From the NCBI RefSeq assembly GCF_009914755.1, contig NC_060933.1: a DNA stretch of 64,000 nucleotides. One strand, 5' to 3'. Under the pieces are notes generated by a model. The model saw only the letters and a list, made by a program, of their open reading frames with translations, was not told the origin of the DNA and searched no databases. The DNA comes from the human T2T-CHM13v2.0 reference genome, Homo sapiens. Position 1 is the stretch's first letter; every line of letters starts with the position of its first letter. Shown piece by piece: positions 56,198 through 64,000 of this stretch. Made by a program: the position numbers and the translations under genes.

Positions 56198-58574
56198 TTT
56201 CTAAAAGTAAAAGAGGCATGGGTGCTACAGGATGGTGTCCTAGAACTTTAAAATGCTGGCCTTTTGCTACCTCTCTGCCTCCTCTCCTGGTGAGCTCTTT
56301 ACCTACAATGTCCCTCCCTCCCCATACTCACCTGTGAAAATCCTAAATGTTATTTAAAGCCAACTTCACCTGTACCCCCTGAGTCTCACCATGCTATATT
56401 TGTGAGGAATTTGTTTGCATCACCTTTAATTCACCTTTACATAGTCTGGCTGTGTTATCGTTATTCATATGGTACTGTCTCTAATTACATTATCAGTGTT
56501 ATGGTCTCAGGTTTTATTTTCCTTTTCTTTAAACCTTCTTGCCTTGCACAGAGTAGGTATCTAGTCACTGTTAGGTGAATTTACTGAGTTAAACATAGGG
56601 TAAGAACCTAGTGTAGTGCTCGAGGGAGCAGGAGGAGGAAGCGAGGGCTGAATCGCAAAGTCTCCTTTCTCCCATCACATTCTTGGGACTCCTATCACCC
56701 ATATAGGACCTCCCACCTAAGATACTTCCTTTGTAAGCTATTGCCCTCTCCTCAATCTCTGCCTTTTCAAATTCCTTCTGTATTTAATATTCAGATCATT
56801 CCTATGAGTTGTTCACCAGGCATTATGCTGTTGTGTGTTCTATTCTGATTCGTGTGGATTTGTTCAAGTAAATAATAACTTTGATAAGAATCAGGGAGGC
56901 CACCATTTTTGTGTCTTTCACAGTGCCTTGCTTAGTACTAGTATAGACTGGATACCCAATGAATGTGTTAAGTGACTGCAAATTGGAAAACATTATACAA
57001 AAAGCGTGTTAACCAGGAAGCACTGCCCAGGACTCACTTTCCGCATTGGAGTGCTTATTGTACATTGTCTCATTAGATTTTTTGAGCAGTATGTTCAGAG
57101 CAGTTTCTGGCTTCGTTAGAAGCTGGGCATGACCTTTATGGTCTACAGTGTCATCATTCTCACCTTTTTCTTTTCTGATTACATGAGTATACTCCTCATT
57201 TTCATAACTGCAGCCCATATTTGTGAAAACTTGATGCTTTGCTATAGCATGTCTTTCTTTGAAGAACAGGCAGGGATATGTAAAATCATACTTGTTTGGA
57301 AAAAAAAATTGGCAGTGATTTTTCTAGTTATAGTTTAGACATACCAAACAGTCATAATAGCAAAAAGCCAATTTGAAACTTAAAGGACAAACTCCACAAT
57401 TCAGCCTATAATATTCTCATGTGGGTCTAAATTTTAATTTACCAGCTTTGCAGCCTCCTAACTGTTGCTCAAAAATCTGTAAAAGTGCAGAGGTGCTTTC
57501 CTTGGTTCCATATGGTCGAGAGAAGATCAAACAACCAGAGAGGATGTTGTCTTAGACCGTTTACCCCAAACCTACATAATTTCTATTTATATCAAATTTA
57601 GTCTCCACAATAAGTTTTAGTAACTCTCTGGATATACATAAATCAGTGTTTCCAAGTTGGCACTACATTCAGAACATTTTTATAATGACAGATTAGGATA
57701 GAGCAGAAGTGTTGAATTACAAAACTGAGGTCACAAAAATATGTTATCTATGCCAAAGAAACACTTTTAAGTCTAGTTCACAAGTTACAGCACCATTTTT
57801 CAATCTGGACCTTCACTCTCCTCTGATCAGTTTAAAATTGCTTTGAGAATGCGGCTTTAAGGCTGACTTTTCTTTTGGCTCCCTAGGGCCTTGTTAGTGC
57901 CTCTGGCACACTGGGATGAGCTAACATGGCACCAGGGATGTGTCTGTTCCCAGCCAGCTCACCTACTGATGGATGATGCCTGGCAGCATGCCACCTTGTT
58001 GTTTCTTGTATTATTACAACAGAAAGCATTTTCAAAAGCCACATTTATCAAGTCATCATAATTGTTTGGCTTGTATATCTATCTATTCAAAAAAAAAATT
58101 AATCTCTCCCTTAGTACTAATCTGTTTGAGCCATGTGATGTATCCCATGTAGAAAAGGCAGTGGAAAACTGCTTCTGCGTGGGATTCAGGGACCTTTCAT
58201 CTAAATGCTTAGGAGAAAGAGAGATTTTTTATATATGCTTTTGAAAGTCCCAAAGCACCAAGAACCTCTGTTTCCGCCTTTCCACTGGTGGTTATATGTA
58301 CAGGGGATGCATTTATTTCTAGCATTTTAGTGGCTTTGTTCAATGAAGGAGATTTAACCTCAAATGAGGGAAAAATGTGAATGTTAGCCTCAAAAAAGGA
58401 CAAAGACACATTTTAATGTTTAAGGTCAGTTTCCATAGGCAGGTGTTACCAGGTTAAACATTACTTGTTATGAAGAACATTGTAAGCAAATTTCTTATTA
58501 TTTGAGGTACAGGGTTATCTGGAAGCATGTGGCAGAGAGGAGGGGCCTCAAAGTACATTTTTAAAGTACTAAAA

Positions 58575-58742
58575 GAGTGTAATTAACTTGTTTGTAACAC
58601 AAAGGATAAGTGCTTGAGGGGATAGATACCCATTTACCATGAAGTGATTATTATGCATTGCATGCCTGTATCAAAACCTCTTCTGCACCCCATAAATACA
58701 TACACCTACTAGATACCCACAAAAATTAAAAATTTAAAAAAA
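58575..58742 (+). mobile_element. L1MA 3' terminal fragment
   Basis: taacacaaaggataagtgcttgagggg...tgcatgcctgtatcaaaa...cccacaaaaattaaaaa. Confidence 0.8.
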
Positions 58743-59404
58743 GCATTGTCCTGAATAAATATATATTTATTCAATGTTTATTAAAAATAATTTAAATATG
58801 TTAATATTAATAAAGTACTCACTAGGGATGCATACTGGAACATGTCTAATTGTTTAGAGATATGATATATAATGAAGATACAGTATAAGCATGGTTATCT
58901 GCAGATACTTTTAAAGAAGAGACAGTGCTGAATTGCCTCCTCTTGTTGGGAGCAAGCCCCCTCAAAATAATGCTTTTACATAAACAAGTTTCATTGTAAT
59001 TTTTGTTTATGATGTTATAAATTAGAATTAAATAATAATTATTTTAAACACAGAATAAAATGTAGAACATGATAGAATGACATTTTTAAGTACAAGAGTA
59101 AAGCAAAGCTAAGAAAAAGATTAGAATATGGGACTTGTGAAACCCACAGGGATGGCTTGTCATCTAACTCCTCTTTCTCTCCCATGTGAGGTAAGACCAC
59201 AAGTAACCATCTCTTATGCACAGACTCCAGTTCTAGTCCCTGGGTGTTCAGCATCCAGTCTGAACCACAGATGAAGACAGTGAGCATCTGAGAAGAGCTT
59301 TACACACAGGGTCCAGTGGTTCATATAGTTTCCTTTTTCATGGTCAAGTTGACTGGTATCAAGTATTTCCTGAAAGAAACTCTTACAATAATGTGTCTGT
59401 GCTA

Positions 59405-59592
59405 GGGACTACTAGAGGGAGGAGGAGAGAGGGGGTGGTGAGCTGAAAAACTACCTAACAGGTACTATGCTCACTACCTGGTGACAGGATCATCCCTAAC
59501 CCATACCTCAGCATCATGCAGTATACCCGTGTAACAAACCTGCACTTGTACCCGAGTCTAAAATAAAAGTTGAAATTATTTAAAATAATAAT
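59405..59592 (+). mobile_element. L1PB/old L1PA 3' terminal fragment
   Basis: gggactactagaggg...tactatgctcactacctg...gtaacaaacctgcac...aaaataaaagttgaa. Confidence 0.85.
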
Positions 59593-59716
59593 AACAATGT
59601 ATCTGCAGAAAATGAAAAGAAGCTGACAGTACACTTGCACTTGTTTCTCTCAGTTGTTCTCACAATTTATTATTCCTCTTGAGTTTTTTGTAGAGTCTCA
59701 GGAATGTAGAATTTTT

Positions 59717-63982
<4,266 letters not shown>

Positions 63983-64000
63983 AGAATTTTTTTAACTGGC

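Noticed and set aside
58752-58773. 22-bp palindrome TGAATAAATATATATTTATTCA
   Set aside because: Low-complexity AT sequence; such symmetry arises easily

Overview
Human genomic DNA (AT-rich and CpG-depleted, with Alu/L1/MIR/L2/MLT repeats and a human-specific AluYb). It contains the 5' end of ADAMTSL1 (punctin-1; 9p22 from prior knowledge) on the + strand. The first coding exon (ATG 11488, 63 coding nt, signal peptide) is followed by a 30,550-nt phase-0 intron. Coding exon 2 (42101-42228, start of TSR1, [17 protein letters not shown]) is followed by intron 2 to the window end; exon 3 is not in the window. The rest is intron or upstream sequence with about 12 Alus, several L1 fragments (including a 4.3-kb TSD-flanked 5'-truncated L1PA), MLT1 LTRs, DNA-transposon fossils and microsatellites. 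I found no convincing new gene or novel multi-component system, and nearly all ORF-track entries are repeat-derived or chance ORFs. The best leads are: a leader with two AUG-UGA start-stop elements plus a uORF; a 141-nt AG-free pyrimidine tract that could make exon 1 a hybrid first/internal exon; a perfect 24-bp palindrome in intron 1; a pristine AluYb with source-element features; and an apparently subfamily-mosaic L1. Repeat subfamily calls come from remembered consensus features, not an alignment, and old-repeat boundaries are approximate.
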